From: Clostridia bacterium
Lineage (GTDB): Bacteria > Bacillota > Clostridia > Christensenellales > CAG-314
Reading direction: 5' to 3'
Assembly: GCA_036654455.1 (NCBI GenBank)
Contig: JAVVRZ010000003.1
Coordinates: forward strand, 108,357-172,356
DNA length: 64,000 nucleotides
The translations under genes were made by a program, and so were the position numbers. The stretch's first letter is position 1, and each line of letters opens with the position of its first letter. Below the pieces are notes generated by a model. That model made no database searches, was not told the DNA's origin, and saw only the letters and a program-made list of their open reading frames with translations. Of this stretch, positions 39,519 through 48,300 are shown piece after piece.

Positions 39519-41009
39519 TTATTTATCACTTTTTTGATTTTGCTTTACAAGTTTCAACTCGAAGTAGAAATCACTACCTTTGCCTTCAATACTATTTACG
39601 CCGTATGGCGCAGAGTGCAATTGCATAATATTACGCACTATCGACAGCCCTAGCCCTGTGCCTTGACTACGAGTGTGCGAGGCGCTTGTGCGGTAAAATC
39701 TATCCCAAATACGAACGGTATCTTTGGGGCTGAGTCCGCAACCCGTATCGAAACAATCAAAGCGAGCAACGCCGTTGACTTCTTTAAGCGTTATAGTAAC
39801 TCTTTTGTCTTCGCCCGTATAGGCAAACGCATTGGAAATATAATTATACAATACGGTTTGTATTTGTTCCCTGTCGGCGTTTACAATCAATGACGGTTCA
39901 ATTTGAGTCTTAAAGACATAGCCTTGTTCTTGTTTGACCTTGAATACTTCGGCTACCGACTCGGTCAAAGCCGATAAGTCAAACTCTTGTATGTTAAGGG
40001 CGGTTGTGCCAGCTTCTGACAAAGATAAACTTACCATATCGTTTACTAAGGCAGTTATGCGGTCAACTTCTTTAATAATTAGGTCAAGGCTCTCTTTTTT
40101 GCGTGCTTCGGGAGCGTTTGGAAAGTCAATCAACATTTCGGTATAAGACTTAATTAAAGTTAACGGAGTTTTTAAGTCGTGAGTGACGTTAGCTACCACG
40201 TCTCGACGCAAATTCTCGGTTTGTTCAAGTTCCTTTGTGACATAATTTAGCGTTTCGGCTAGTTCGTCTATCTCGTTATAGCCGTTGCCCTCAAATCGAA
40301 GGTCATATTTGCCCTTAGCTAGCTGTCTTGCCGAAGCGGACATCTTGACAATAGGCTTAGACAAGTGACTAGATAATAAATAAGAAGCAATTAAAGCAAG
40401 GACAAACGCAGCTATCGTCGTCCACAGTAATTGCACCGACATAATTTTGTTGGCGCTTTCTCTTATAAGCATTGGCGTGCTACACGACATAAATAATTGT
40501 TCGCCATTTAGATAAATAATGCGATAATATACAAGAAGTTGTTCGTCGTGATTTGAAGAAAAGATTAGTGACGAATCGCTAGTCTTGTCGTCATTAATCA
40601 TTTTAACGGCTAGATTGTTAAGTTTGTCTTTTTTATAAGTTGAAATATCGTATTTAATCTCTTCGAAAGAAAAAGTATAGGGGTTGCAGTGCAATACACA
40701 TTGAGTAAAGTCGATTTCGCCATTCTTCATTACAAAAACATCAACTTCGGCGCAACTGCTTGACGCTATAACGTGTACTTGGGCAAGCGAATTTGGCAAA
40801 CCCGGCAATAGTTCGACAATTTCGTCGGCGGTATCACGCATTCCCGCAAGGCGGGCTTGTTTGAAAGATAGACCGTTGAGAACAGCGCCAAAAACCCACA
40901 CTAAACCGATAATGGCTATCGAAAATAATGCGAAGTAAAACCATATTCTAGGTTGAAGCCCGTTTAGCTCTTGTTTGAGCTGAGGCTTAGTTTTATTCTT
41001 GGTACTCAA
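39519..41009 (-). CDS. Sensor histidine kinase (two TM helices, HAMP, HisKA, HATPase_c)
   Basis: H-box VTHDLKTPLT, N-box YNYISNAFAY, G-boxes DTGCGL and GTGLGLSIV. Overlaps the response regulator gene by 17 nt. Confidence 0.9.
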   Translation of the reverse strand: MSTKNKTKPQLKQELNGLQPRIWFYFALFSIAIIGLVWVFGAVLNGLSFKQARLAGMRDTADEIVELLPGLPNSLAQVHVIASSSCAEVDVFVMKNGEIDFTQCVLHCNPYTFSFEEIKYDISTYKKDKLNNLAVKMINDDKTSDSSLIFSSNHDEQLLVYYRIIYLNGEQLFMSCSTPMLIRESANKIMSVQLLWTTIAAFVLALIASYLLSSHLSKPIVKMSASARQLAKGKYDLRFEGNGYNEIDELAETLNYVTKELEQTENLRRDVVANVTHDLKTPLTLIKSYTEMLIDFPNAPEARKKESLDLIIKEVDRITALVNDMVSLSLSEAGTTALNIQEFDLSALTESVAEVFKVKQEQGYVFKTQIEPSLIVNADREQIQTVLYNYISNAFAYTGEDKRVTITLKEVNGVARFDCFDTGCGLSPKDTVRIWDRFYRTSASHTRSQGTGLGLSIVRNIMQLHSAPYGVNSIEGKGSDFYFELKLVKQNQKSDK

Positions 41010-41661
41010 ATTTGTAACCTAGCCCCCTTAGCGTAATAATACAGTTGCGGTATGTTCCTAAATTGCCACGTAACGTCTTAATATGCGTGTCTACCGTACG
41101 GTCGTCGCCAAAGAAGTCAAAACCCCAAACGTCTTGCAATAATTTCTCACGGCTAACCGCAAGCCCTTTATTGCGAACTAAATAAAATAGTAATTCGTAT
41201 TCCTTAGGAGTAAGCTCGACTTTAACTCCGTCAACAAGAACGTTTCTGCCGTCAAAATCAATGGTAAGCCCGCCAAATTTAAGTAAGGCTCGGTTTGTTT
41301 GATTAGTTCTAGCTAGAACAGCTTTAATGCGAGCAACAACTTCTTTTGGAGAGAAAGGTTTGGTGATGTAGTCGTCTGCGCCTATTTCAAAGCCAAATAA
41401 CTTGTCATACTCTTGTCCTCTTGCGGTAAGCATAATTATTGGGGTATTGTGAGTTTTGCGTATTTCTTTAAAAGCGCTGATACCGTCAAGTTTGGGCATC
41501 ATAATATCCATAATAATAAGGTCGTATTTGTTTAATTTACATTTGCTTACGGCTTGTAAACCGTCGTTTGCAGTATCAACCTCAAATTCTTCATATTTGA
41601 GATACTCTTCTAACAAACTGCAAATCATAGCTTCGTCGTCTACAACTAAAATTTTATACAT
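40993..41661 (-). CDS. OmpR-family response regulator
   Basis: Receiver domain (DDE...LIIMDIMMPKLDG...K) and winged-helix domain (LTPKEYELLFYLV...TLRGLGYKF). Confidence 0.92.
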   Translation of the reverse strand: MYKILVVDDEAMICSLLEEYLKYEEFEVDTANDGLQAVSKCKLNKYDLIIMDIMMPKLDGISAFKEIRKTHNTPIIMLTARGQEYDKLFGFEIGADDYITKPFSPKEVVARIKAVLARTNQTNRALLKFGGLTIDFDGRNVLVDGVKVELTPKEYELLFYLVRNKGLAVSREKLLQDVWGFDFFGDDRTVDTHIKTLRGNLGTYRNCIITLRGLGYKFEYQE

Positions 41662-41831
41662 CGTATTTTCTCCATCATTTAATTTGTATTAATAATATCA
41701 CATATTTGTGACAATATTATGAAAAAGTTAAAATAAATATAAGATATTGTGTGATAAAATATAAGAATCGTTGACAATTTTAAACCAAAAGTAGCTTATT
41801 TAAGTAAAAATTGCTAAATAGCGTAAACGCT

Positions 41832-41867
41832 ATAAAAAAAGTAACTGCGCTTTTACGCAGTTACTTT
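41832..41867 (-). terminator. Terminator after the small membrane protein gene
   Basis: AAAGTAACTGCG-loop-CGCAGTTACTTT with T7 on the minus strand. Confidence 0.75.
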
Positions 41868-41889
41868 GTAAACATTGTGTAAATAAAAA

Positions 41890-42111
41890 CTAGATAAGAA
41901 TCCAAATCTTTTTGTAAACTATCATACAGAATAAGTCAACAAGCCAGAAAAACCAACCGAAGAAAATTCTAATTACGCCGAAAAGATAATTTTTTCTTGA
42001 AAAAGCTGTTAGAATACCAAATAACCAACAGGTAACCGGTATAATTGTAAAAATCAAACTGATGAAATACCCTAAACCAAAGTAACCCTTAATTCCTGAA
42101 CTCGAACTCAT
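41890..42111 (-). CDS. Small integral membrane protein (73 aa, 2 predicted TM), unknown family
   Basis: GGAGGTTTCT precedes ATG 42111. Hydrophobic helices FISLIFTIIPVTCWLFGILTAF and IFFGWFFWLVDLFCMIV. Confidence 0.55.
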   Translation of the reverse strand: MSSSSGIKGYFGLGYFISLIFTIIPVTCWLFGILTAFSRKNYLFGVIRIFFGWFFWLVDLFCMIVYKKIWILI

Positions 42112-42186
42112 AGAAACCTCCAAAAAAATAATATTTAGTGTAACTTATAACAAGTTACCTTTAACCTAAGTTTATGTCGCTTAACG

Positions 42187-42666
42187 TTAATTAACCCAAA
42201 TAATCTCTTTATTCATTAAAGAAACACAGGTTAAAAAGTCGCTACTTGTAAGAGCAACCGTTGCGGTATTGTCTGTTGGGTGAAACCGCACTCTATTTGC
42301 CGACAAAATTTGTCGGTCGAGCATAAGCCCGACGCTTACGCTTGACTGATTTAAAAAACAAAAAGGCGAAACGCTACCACGCTTAACGCCGAGAAATTCG
42401 ATTAACTTGTCTTGACTTGCAAATTCAAATTTATCTGCGCAAACATAACTAGCTAAGAAACGCATATCGGCTCGCTTGTCAAAAGGTAACACTATCATAA
42501 AATATCTAGGAGATTTCTTGTCTTTGACCAGCAAACTCTTGTAACTACAACAATCGGGAATATGAACGATATTCTTGCTATCCTCTACCGAAACTACGGC
42601 TGGGTGTCTAAATAATTCGTATTTAATATTATTAGCGTCTAAAAAGCTTAATACGGCATTTATCAT
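42187..42666 (-). CDS. YbaK/ProX-type aminoacyl-tRNA editing (deacylase) domain protein
   Basis: KSLLVKDKKSPRYFMIVLPFDKRADMRFLA...GVKRGSVSPFCFLN...FHPTDNTATV matches the prolyl-tRNA-synthetase-associated domain pattern. Confidence 0.75.
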   Translation of the reverse strand: MINAVLSFLDANNIKYELFRHPAVVSVEDSKNIVHIPDCCSYKSLLVKDKKSPRYFMIVLPFDKRADMRFLASYVCADKFEFASQDKLIEFLGVKRGSVSPFCFLNQSSVSVGLMLDRQILSANRVRFHPTDNTATVALTSSDFLTCVSLMNKEIIWVN

Positions 42667-42735
42667 AACTATATGATATCACTTAAAAAAACATTGTCAA
42701 GTCGCTAAAAGATAATACTTAGTTAAAATAGCTAT

Positions 42736-43437
42736 TTAGGTAGAATAAAGATAAAGCATAATTCCGTTAAATATTGCTTCGACAAGTTGAGCTTGATAGT
42801 CGGGGCTACTTAGCAACTCCGCCTCCCTCTCGTTAGAGAGAAAACCGCACTCGACAATAATGCAGGGCATACTTGCAACGCACTGTAAAATGTAAAACTC
42901 GCCCGATAAGCACTCGTGAGCGTTACCCGTAAAGTCGTTGAGAACTTTTTGCATAGTTAAGGCAAATTTTTGTGATACTTCATCTTTTTCTTGGAAAAAT
43001 ACCTGCGGTCCGCAACGAGAAGACGAGGAAAACTTGTTCATGTGAATAGACACAAGCAAATTTGGGTTTGCTTGCCGTATTATTTCACGACGCTTACGCA
43101 TATCTCGCAACTTAAAACCATTAGTTAGCTCGCCATATAAGCCGTCTTTGTTTTGCCTAGTGTTGACGACGGCAATATTTAAACTTTGTAATCTCTTAGT
43201 CAATAGCTGAGCGTATATTAGATTTAGCTCGCTTTCGCAAACACCGCTTTTTGCCACCACTCCGCCGTCTGCTCCGCCGTGTCCTGCGTCTAGCACGATT
43301 ACATAGGTAGGCGTAGGTAAAACGCTATAAGTCGCAACAAAACATAACGAATATATAGTAAAAAGTAGAACAAATATCGTTAGAAAAAGACTTAAAAAAG
43401 CGTACAATTTTATATCAATATTACGTGTTTTATTCAA
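42736..43437 (-). CDS. cwlD: N-acetylmuramoyl-L-alanine amidase, CwlD-like (amidase_3, N-terminal anchor)
   Basis: VLDAGHGGADGG, SIHMN, ECGFLSN motifs in 233 aa with an N-terminal TM. The TTG start is uncertain. Confidence 0.8.
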   Translation of the reverse strand: MNKTRNIDIKLYAFLSLFLTIFVLLFTIYSLCFVATYSVLPTPTYVIVLDAGHGGADGGVVAKSGVCESELNLIYAQLLTKRLQSLNIAVVNTRQNKDGLYGELTNGFKLRDMRKRREIIRQANPNLLVSIHMNKFSSSSRCGPQVFFQEKDEVSQKFALTMQKVLNDFTGNAHECLSGEFYILQCVASMPCIIVECGFLSNEREAELLSSPDYQAQLVEAIFNGIMLYLYST

Positions 43438-43481
43438 AATTTTACAAAAACCCCCTTTTTTCGCATAGATTTGACCAAATA

Positions 43482-43519
43482 AGTGGATAGTTATACACTA
43501 TTCCACAAAGTTATCCACA
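43482..43519. promoter_or_regulatory. Cluster of four DnaA-box-like 9-mers
   Basis: TTATCCACA (43511-43519) is a perfect match. TATTCCACA (43499-43507), TTATACACT (43491-43499) and reverse CTATCCACT (43482-43490) each match 7/9. Confidence 0.45.
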
Positions 43520-43707
43520 TAAACGTTTGTTCGTGTGCATTAGATGTTTCATAGAAGGTGTGAAACGGTAAAACACTTTGCGCTGTTGTATCTTATGAGC
43601 AATATAGCCACTTTTAGACAACTTTTTAAGACAAAACAAAAAAATTACAAGCTTGTCAAGCGTTGCCTTGACTAGAAAACAAAACATATTTGATAATTTA
43701 AACTAAC

Positions 43708-43742
43708 AAAAAAATGAGTCAAAATATTGACTCATTTTTTTT
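43708..43742. terminator. Palindromic terminator downstream of hsp20
   Basis: AAAAAAATGAGTCAA-AATA-TTGACTCATTTTTTTT. Confidence 0.8.
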
Positions 43743-43825
43743 GGGGAGGAAAACTTGCGACTCATAAAAATGGTTTTAGGTCTATTCAAAAGCATTTTTA
43801 CAAACTTAAAACGCTTTAAAATACA

Positions 43826-44239
43826 TTATTCGATAGCGATATGCTTTGCGGTAGGAATTTTAGCTTCTTCCTTCTTGACGTTGACGGTTAAAATGCCGTT
43901 ATCGAACTTAGCCGAAATATCTTGTTCGGTTATGTCGCCTACATAGTAGGAGCGTGAACAACTGCCAAACGTTCTTTCCCTGCGAATATAGCCGTGTTCT
44001 TCTTTCTCTTTGTTTTGATTACTCTTTGCGGATATTTCTAGATATCCGTCCTCGATGTTTAAGCTAATATCGTCCTTGTTAAAGCCGGCTAAGTCAATCT
44101 CGAAAAGATAGTGACCGTCTTTTTCGGTAATATCTGTTTTCATTAAATCGTTCTTGCTAAAAAAAGCATTTCTAGGTTGGATAAAAGCGTCAAACATACC
44201 ATCAAATAAATCGTCTTGTACTGGTCTTAAAAATTTCAT
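43826..44239 (-). CDS. Hsp20/alpha-crystallin small heat-shock protein
   Basis: 137 aa. TDITEKDGHYLFEIDLAGFNKDDISLNIEDGYLEISA...F.NGILTVNV alpha-crystallin domain. Confidence 0.92.
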   Translation of the reverse strand: MKFLRPVQDDLFDGMFDAFIQPRNAFFSKNDLMKTDITEKDGHYLFEIDLAGFNKDDISLNIEDGYLEISAKSNQNKEKEEHGYIRRERTFGSCSRSYYVGDITEQDISAKFDNGILTVNVKKEEAKIPTAKHIAIE

Positions 44240-44271
44240 AATTGTTATCTCCTTTTATTAATTTTAATTTA

Positions 44272-44321
44272 TTAGCAATAGATTGATTTGAGTGTTAGCA
44301 CTCTCACCTCTTGATTGCTAA
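44272..44321. promoter_or_regulatory. CIRCE-like HrcA operator(s) in the hsp20 leader
   Basis: TTAGCACTC-N9-GATTGCTAA (44295-44321) matches the TTAGCACTC-N9-GAGTGCTAA consensus at 17/18. It overlaps a weaker copy, TTAGCAATA-N9-GAGTGTTAG (44272-44298, 14/18). Confidence 0.65.
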
Positions 44322-44325
44322 CACT

Positions 44326-44353
44326 ATTATAGCACTACGCTTTCTTTTGTCAA
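44326..44353 (-). promoter_or_regulatory. Sigma-A-type promoter of hsp20
   Basis: Minus strand: TTGACA (44353-44348), 16-nt spacer, TATAAT (44331-44326), immediately upstream of the CIRCE element. Confidence 0.55.
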
Positions 44354-44405
44354 TGCTTTTTTACTATTTTTTGTGTGATATTTTTGTGATATTTTTAGCG
44401 CTATT

Positions 44406-45650
44406 TTAAATTCTTGCAAAAGTTGTATTGTCTTCTTTGCGACTAGCGAGTTCTTCAATCGGGTGAGGCTTTGTTTCGTAGCGATAGTCTTGACCTAATT
44501 CGTCAATATGCTTGCAAATAACCTTGTGCGAAGGCGTAGTTTTGGCGTCGCCGTTTATTGCCTCTTGATATTTTGCATAATCGCTATTTTTATCAAGATT
44601 AGAAACTTTGATATAATCTTCTTTGTCACCCGTTTGAGTAGCGCTATCCTCTATTACTTTGCGTACATAGTCAATATTAGAGCTAAATTGAAGAAGTTTA
44701 GGGTAATCTCCCTTACCTACAACTTGGGCAAATTCCTTTTGTTCGTATTTATTTAACAAATGAGTAGCGTAATGCAAATGAGCGACTTCTTGTTCGTAGA
44801 TGCGAGCGTAAATATCTTTAATATATTTGTCCGGCTCGTCGTTATAAAGAGAATAGTACAAATAACATTCGGTATATTCGTGCATAACAAGGTTTTCTAG
44901 CATTGTGCAATTAGTATCTAGCAAACAACCATAGCTAGTAACGTGCTGTTCTTCGATTAAAGCTATTTCCGCATACAAATCTCTGCCAACCTTGTTAGGA
45001 TAAAAGCCTAATTGATTCATATAGTAATTCATAGTTTGTTGTTCGGCGGCGGTAATAATACCAACATTTAATTTTGTCGCCAAACTTGCCTTAGTAAAAT
45101 TGCAGTAACGCTTTACGTCGTCTGCCGGATAACGATGTTCGGCTATCGTAGGGCGGGCAGGCATAATCTCGGTAAGCTTGCCGACGAGTTCTTCCGCCTT
45201 CTGTTTAGTGTCCATTTCAAGCAAATTAGCGTAACGATATAAGTGGTCAAAATCTTCTAATAATGCAAAGTCTAATGCGTGCTTGACATATTTATCGGGT
45301 TCGTTTTTGGCTAAAATCGAAGTAAGTTCGACGGCAAGTTGCTCGTAGCCAATCGTATGTTGAAGAATTGTCTCGCTAATCGGTTTAAGACTGCTTAATA
45401 ACTTTTGTTGCATTTGCTCGCTCTTTCTAAGCAGAGCAAGGTCACGACGCAAGTCGTTGTCGGGACAGTTTCGAGATGCGCAGTGAGAGAATTTAACAGC
45501 TTCAAATTCTGCGCCATTTGCAAGAATTATTCTCAACTTCGTAAAAGGTTCGACGGTCTTAGGGTCGTAAGGTTTAGCCGATAACTCAGTCCAATTCATA
45601 TATGTTTTATCTAGCGAAATGGGCTTACATTTAAAAGGATTGTCGTTCAT
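44406..45650 (-). CDS. Uncharacterised ferritin-like / di-iron-carboxylate-type protein (414 aa)
   Basis: Start ATG 45650 (AAGGAGAT RBS). Contains ExxH motifs IEEQH and EQEVAH plus acidic helices GYEQLAVE, LEDFDH and HEYTECY. No exact family recognised. Confidence 0.5.
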   Translation of the reverse strand: MNDNPFKCKPISLDKTYMNWTELSAKPYDPKTVEPFTKLRIILANGAEFEAVKFSHCASRNCPDNDLRRDLALLRKSEQMQQKLLSSLKPISETILQHTIGYEQLAVELTSILAKNEPDKYVKHALDFALLEDFDHLYRYANLLEMDTKQKAEELVGKLTEIMPARPTIAEHRYPADDVKRYCNFTKASLATKLNVGIITAAEQQTMNYYMNQLGFYPNKVGRDLYAEIALIEEQHVTSYGCLLDTNCTMLENLVMHEYTECYLYYSLYNDEPDKYIKDIYARIYEQEVAHLHYATHLLNKYEQKEFAQVVGKGDYPKLLQFSSNIDYVRKVIEDSATQTGDKEDYIKVSNLDKNSDYAKYQEAINGDAKTTPSHKVICKHIDELGQDYRYETKPHPIEELASRKEDNTTFARI

Positions 45651-45770
45651 AAATAAAATCTCCTTGTCTTTTAATAAAATTGTTGACAAAAAACCGCTTT
45701 GTAAACAAAAAATCAAAAAATGTTGACAAATAGTTAGAAAGACTATAAAATGATTAAGGAGGATTAAAAA

Positions 45771-46235
45771 ATGATAGACCGTTGTTCTAACTGCGGAGCT
45801 CCCCGCAAAGATATGCTAAATAAATATTGTCCGTACTGTAATACGCCGTATTCGATTGAAGGTTCTAGGTGGGACGAAACGCACAAAACGACAGATAACT
45901 TCTCGACTGCGCAAAGCGACTATGACCAAACAACTGCGTCAAACAGTCAATCAACTCAAAGTCAAGCTCAACCAAAAGAAACGTTAGACGACAAATTTGA
46001 ACGTAAAATCAGCGAGATGACTTCTAACCGCCGAATTATGATAGGGCTATTTGCAATCTTTTTTGGTTGGTTTGGTTTGCATTACTTTTTAAGAGGCGCT
46101 ATATTTAAAGGCGTGCTTTGTTGCGTATTCTTAGCGACGGGAATACCGGCTATAATCGGGGTGGTTGAGGGCTGTTCGTATTTGCTAACTAGCGACCAAC
46201 GTTTTAGAGAAAAATATCCCCAATATTACGATTAA
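45771..46235 (+). CDS. Zinc-ribbon + TM2-domain membrane protein
   Basis: N-terminal CSNCGAP...CPYCNTPY zinc ribbon, Q/S/T-rich linker, C-terminal TM2-like GLFAIFFGWFGLHYFLRG. RBS AAGGAGGA. Confidence 0.7.
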   Translation: MIDRCSNCGAPRKDMLNKYCPYCNTPYSIEGSRWDETHKTTDNFSTAQSDYDQTTASNSQSTQSQAQPKETLDDKFERKISEMTSNRRIMIGLFAIFFGWFGLHYFLRGAIFKGVLCCVFLATGIPAIIGVVEGCSYLLTSDQRFREKYPQYYD

Positions 46236-46421
46236 ACGCATAAATGTTTTTAAATTGTTTTACAAATACTCTAACGCTTAGCTATAAACAATTTAAAACC
46301 CTTAAAAACTACTTAAAAACTTAATTTAAAAAAGAACAGCTTAATTTTTTAAACTGTTCTTTTTTTTAGATATTAATTTAATTAAATGGTAAAAACGTAT
46401 TTATTTACTAGCCGTTAAAGA

Positions 46422-47633
46422 CTATTTAGAATAGAGTTCTACTACGTTTAACAAAATTTGTACGACTTTTTCCATTGATTGGCTTGTAATATACTCGTAC
46501 CTACCGTGAAAATTATACCCGCCCGTGCATAAGTTTGGACAAGGTAAGCCCATAAATGATAATCTTGCGCCGTCAGTACCGCCACGAATAGGCATAACTT
46601 TGGGTTCGACATTTGCTAATATCATAGCCTGTTTAGCGTTATCGATTAAGTGGATATGAGGAAGAATCTTCTCGTACATATTAAAATAGCTGTCTTTAAG
46701 CGTTAATTTTACTGTCCCCTTGCCATACTTTACATTGATAAAGTCGCAAATTTGTTTCATCAATTTCTTTTTATCTTCAAATTTATCAATATTATGATCT
46801 CTTATAATGTAGTTGCACTTAGTATAATCAACGTTGCCGACTATATTGTCAAGATGGAAAAAGCCTTCGTACCCTTCGGTATACATAGGATTTTGTTCCT
46901 TAGGTAACATAGAAAACAGCTCTTGCGCAATTAAAATAGCGTTGAGCATTTTATTTTTAGCCGTGCCGGGGTGAATTGAAACGCCAAAAACTTCTACAAG
47001 AGCAGAGGCTGCGTTAAAATTCTCATATTCTATCTCGCCTAATTCGCCTCCGTCTATTGTATAGGCAAAGTCTGCGCCAAAGCGTGAAACATCAAAAAAG
47101 TCTGCGCCCCTGCCGACTTCCTCGTCGGGGGTAAAAGCTATTGATATTTCACCGTGCAAAATTGATTTATCTGTAAGTAAAATTTGAGCAAGTTGCATAA
47201 TTTCGGCAACGCCTGCCTTGTCGTCTGCGCCTAAAAGAGTTTGCCCATTAGTACAAATGACGGTTTCGTTTATGTGATTGAGAAGCGATTTATATTCTTT
47301 ACTACTCAAAACATAGCCTTTGCCCATTTTAATGTCGCCACCGTCATAGTTATCTGTAATTACAGGACAAACATCAGTATCGCTTACTGCCGGACTAGTG
47401 TCTACGTGGGCAATAAAACCTAGCGTCGACTTAGTCTTAGTTGTAGCGGGTATTGTTGCGTAGACATAGTTATGTTGGTCAATTAGGCAATTAGTCGCCC
47501 CTAAGTCAACAAGCTCGTTGTAAAGCATTTGCGATAAGTTGCGTTGTTTAATCGTACTTGGAACTTCTTCGCAATCGGGACACGACATAGTGTCTACCGA
47601 AACGTACCTTAAAAACTTTTCTGTTACTGTCAT
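46422..47633 (-). CDS. pepT: Peptidase T (tripeptide aminopeptidase, M20B)
   Basis: MTVTEKFLRYVSVDT..., HVDTSP, GADDKAGVAEIM, TPDEEVG motifs. 403 aa. Confidence 0.92.
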   Translation of the reverse strand: MTVTEKFLRYVSVDTMSCPDCEEVPSTIKQRNLSQMLYNELVDLGATNCLIDQHNYVYATIPATTKTKSTLGFIAHVDTSPAVSDTDVCPVITDNYDGGDIKMGKGYVLSSKEYKSLLNHINETVICTNGQTLLGADDKAGVAEIMQLAQILLTDKSILHGEISIAFTPDEEVGRGADFFDVSRFGADFAYTIDGGELGEIEYENFNAASALVEVFGVSIHPGTAKNKMLNAILIAQELFSMLPKEQNPMYTEGYEGFFHLDNIVGNVDYTKCNYIIRDHNIDKFEDKKKLMKQICDFINVKYGKGTVKLTLKDSYFNMYEKILPHIHLIDNAKQAMILANVEPKVMPIRGGTDGARLSFMGLPCPNLCTGGYNFHGRYEYITSQSMEKVVQILLNVVELYSK

Positions 47634-47637
47634 AATA

Positions 47638-48213
47638 TTATCCTCTCTCCTCGTCTAAATAAGTTGCTTGTAAGTCGGCGACATGTAGCAATACGCATAG
47701 GTCAAATTTATCAAACGCTTCGGAAATTGAATAGCTACCGCCCTTGACTCGGTCATCAAATCCGCCCATGTGCCAGTTAATCGCCATTGCCTCGTCTGCG
47801 GTTAAACGCATAAAATTTTGTATAATAAATACGCTCTTTTCGCCGTGTCCGTAAGGAAGTTTCTCTTTTACGGTGTAATATGGCTTTTGCGTCCATTCGC
47901 CGTTTACCTTAGAGTTACGATATTCGGTTACGTATGTATTTATCTTGCATATATCGTGTAAAAGGGCGCAAATAGCTATTGTTTCAAGCGAATAATGGTT
48001 TTGATAGTCGTCGCCAAACTCATTCTCGACAAGATTAACCAAACGGTTATAAACGTGGACGCTATGCTCGCATAAACCGCCTTCGTAAGAAGAATGAAAT
48101 TTTGTAGACGACGGAGCGGTAAAAAAGTCGCTCTTTACTAAATATTCTAATAATTCTTTGCTACCTTCTCGTGCAATAGAACTATTATACAAACTTAAAA
48201 ACTTTTCTTTCAT
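47638..48213 (-). CDS. HD-domain phosphohydrolase
   Basis: FHSSYEGGLCEHS...ALLHDICK (H...HD metal motif). 191 aa. Lies 4 nt upstream of pepT. Confidence 0.75.
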   Translation of the reverse strand: MKEKFLSLYNSSIAREGSKELLEYLVKSDFFTAPSSTKFHSSYEGGLCEHSVHVYNRLVNLVENEFGDDYQNHYSLETIAICALLHDICKINTYVTEYRNSKVNGEWTQKPYYTVKEKLPYGHGEKSVFIIQNFMRLTADEAMAINWHMGGFDDRVKGGSYSISEAFDKFDLCVLLHVADLQATYLDEERG

Positions 48214-48300
48214 AGTTTACCTCTTATATTTTTCTAGTTTTGCTATTTTTGATAGTTTTAATATTCTGCAATCGTTTTTGTTTTAGCGGACTTATTTAGA

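Noticed and set aside
43438-43720. Whether the DnaA-box cluster marks oriC
   Set aside because: There is no dnaA/dnaN/rpmH context, no obvious AT-rich 13-mer/DUE repeats beside it, and only one perfect box. Gene orientation does not switch here (both flanks are minus strand). It is kept only as a possible secondary DnaA-binding cluster.
43755-43946. 63-aa plus-strand ORF
   Set aside because: It overlaps the hsp20 3' end antisense and begins inside the bidirectional terminator region. It has no family resemblance.
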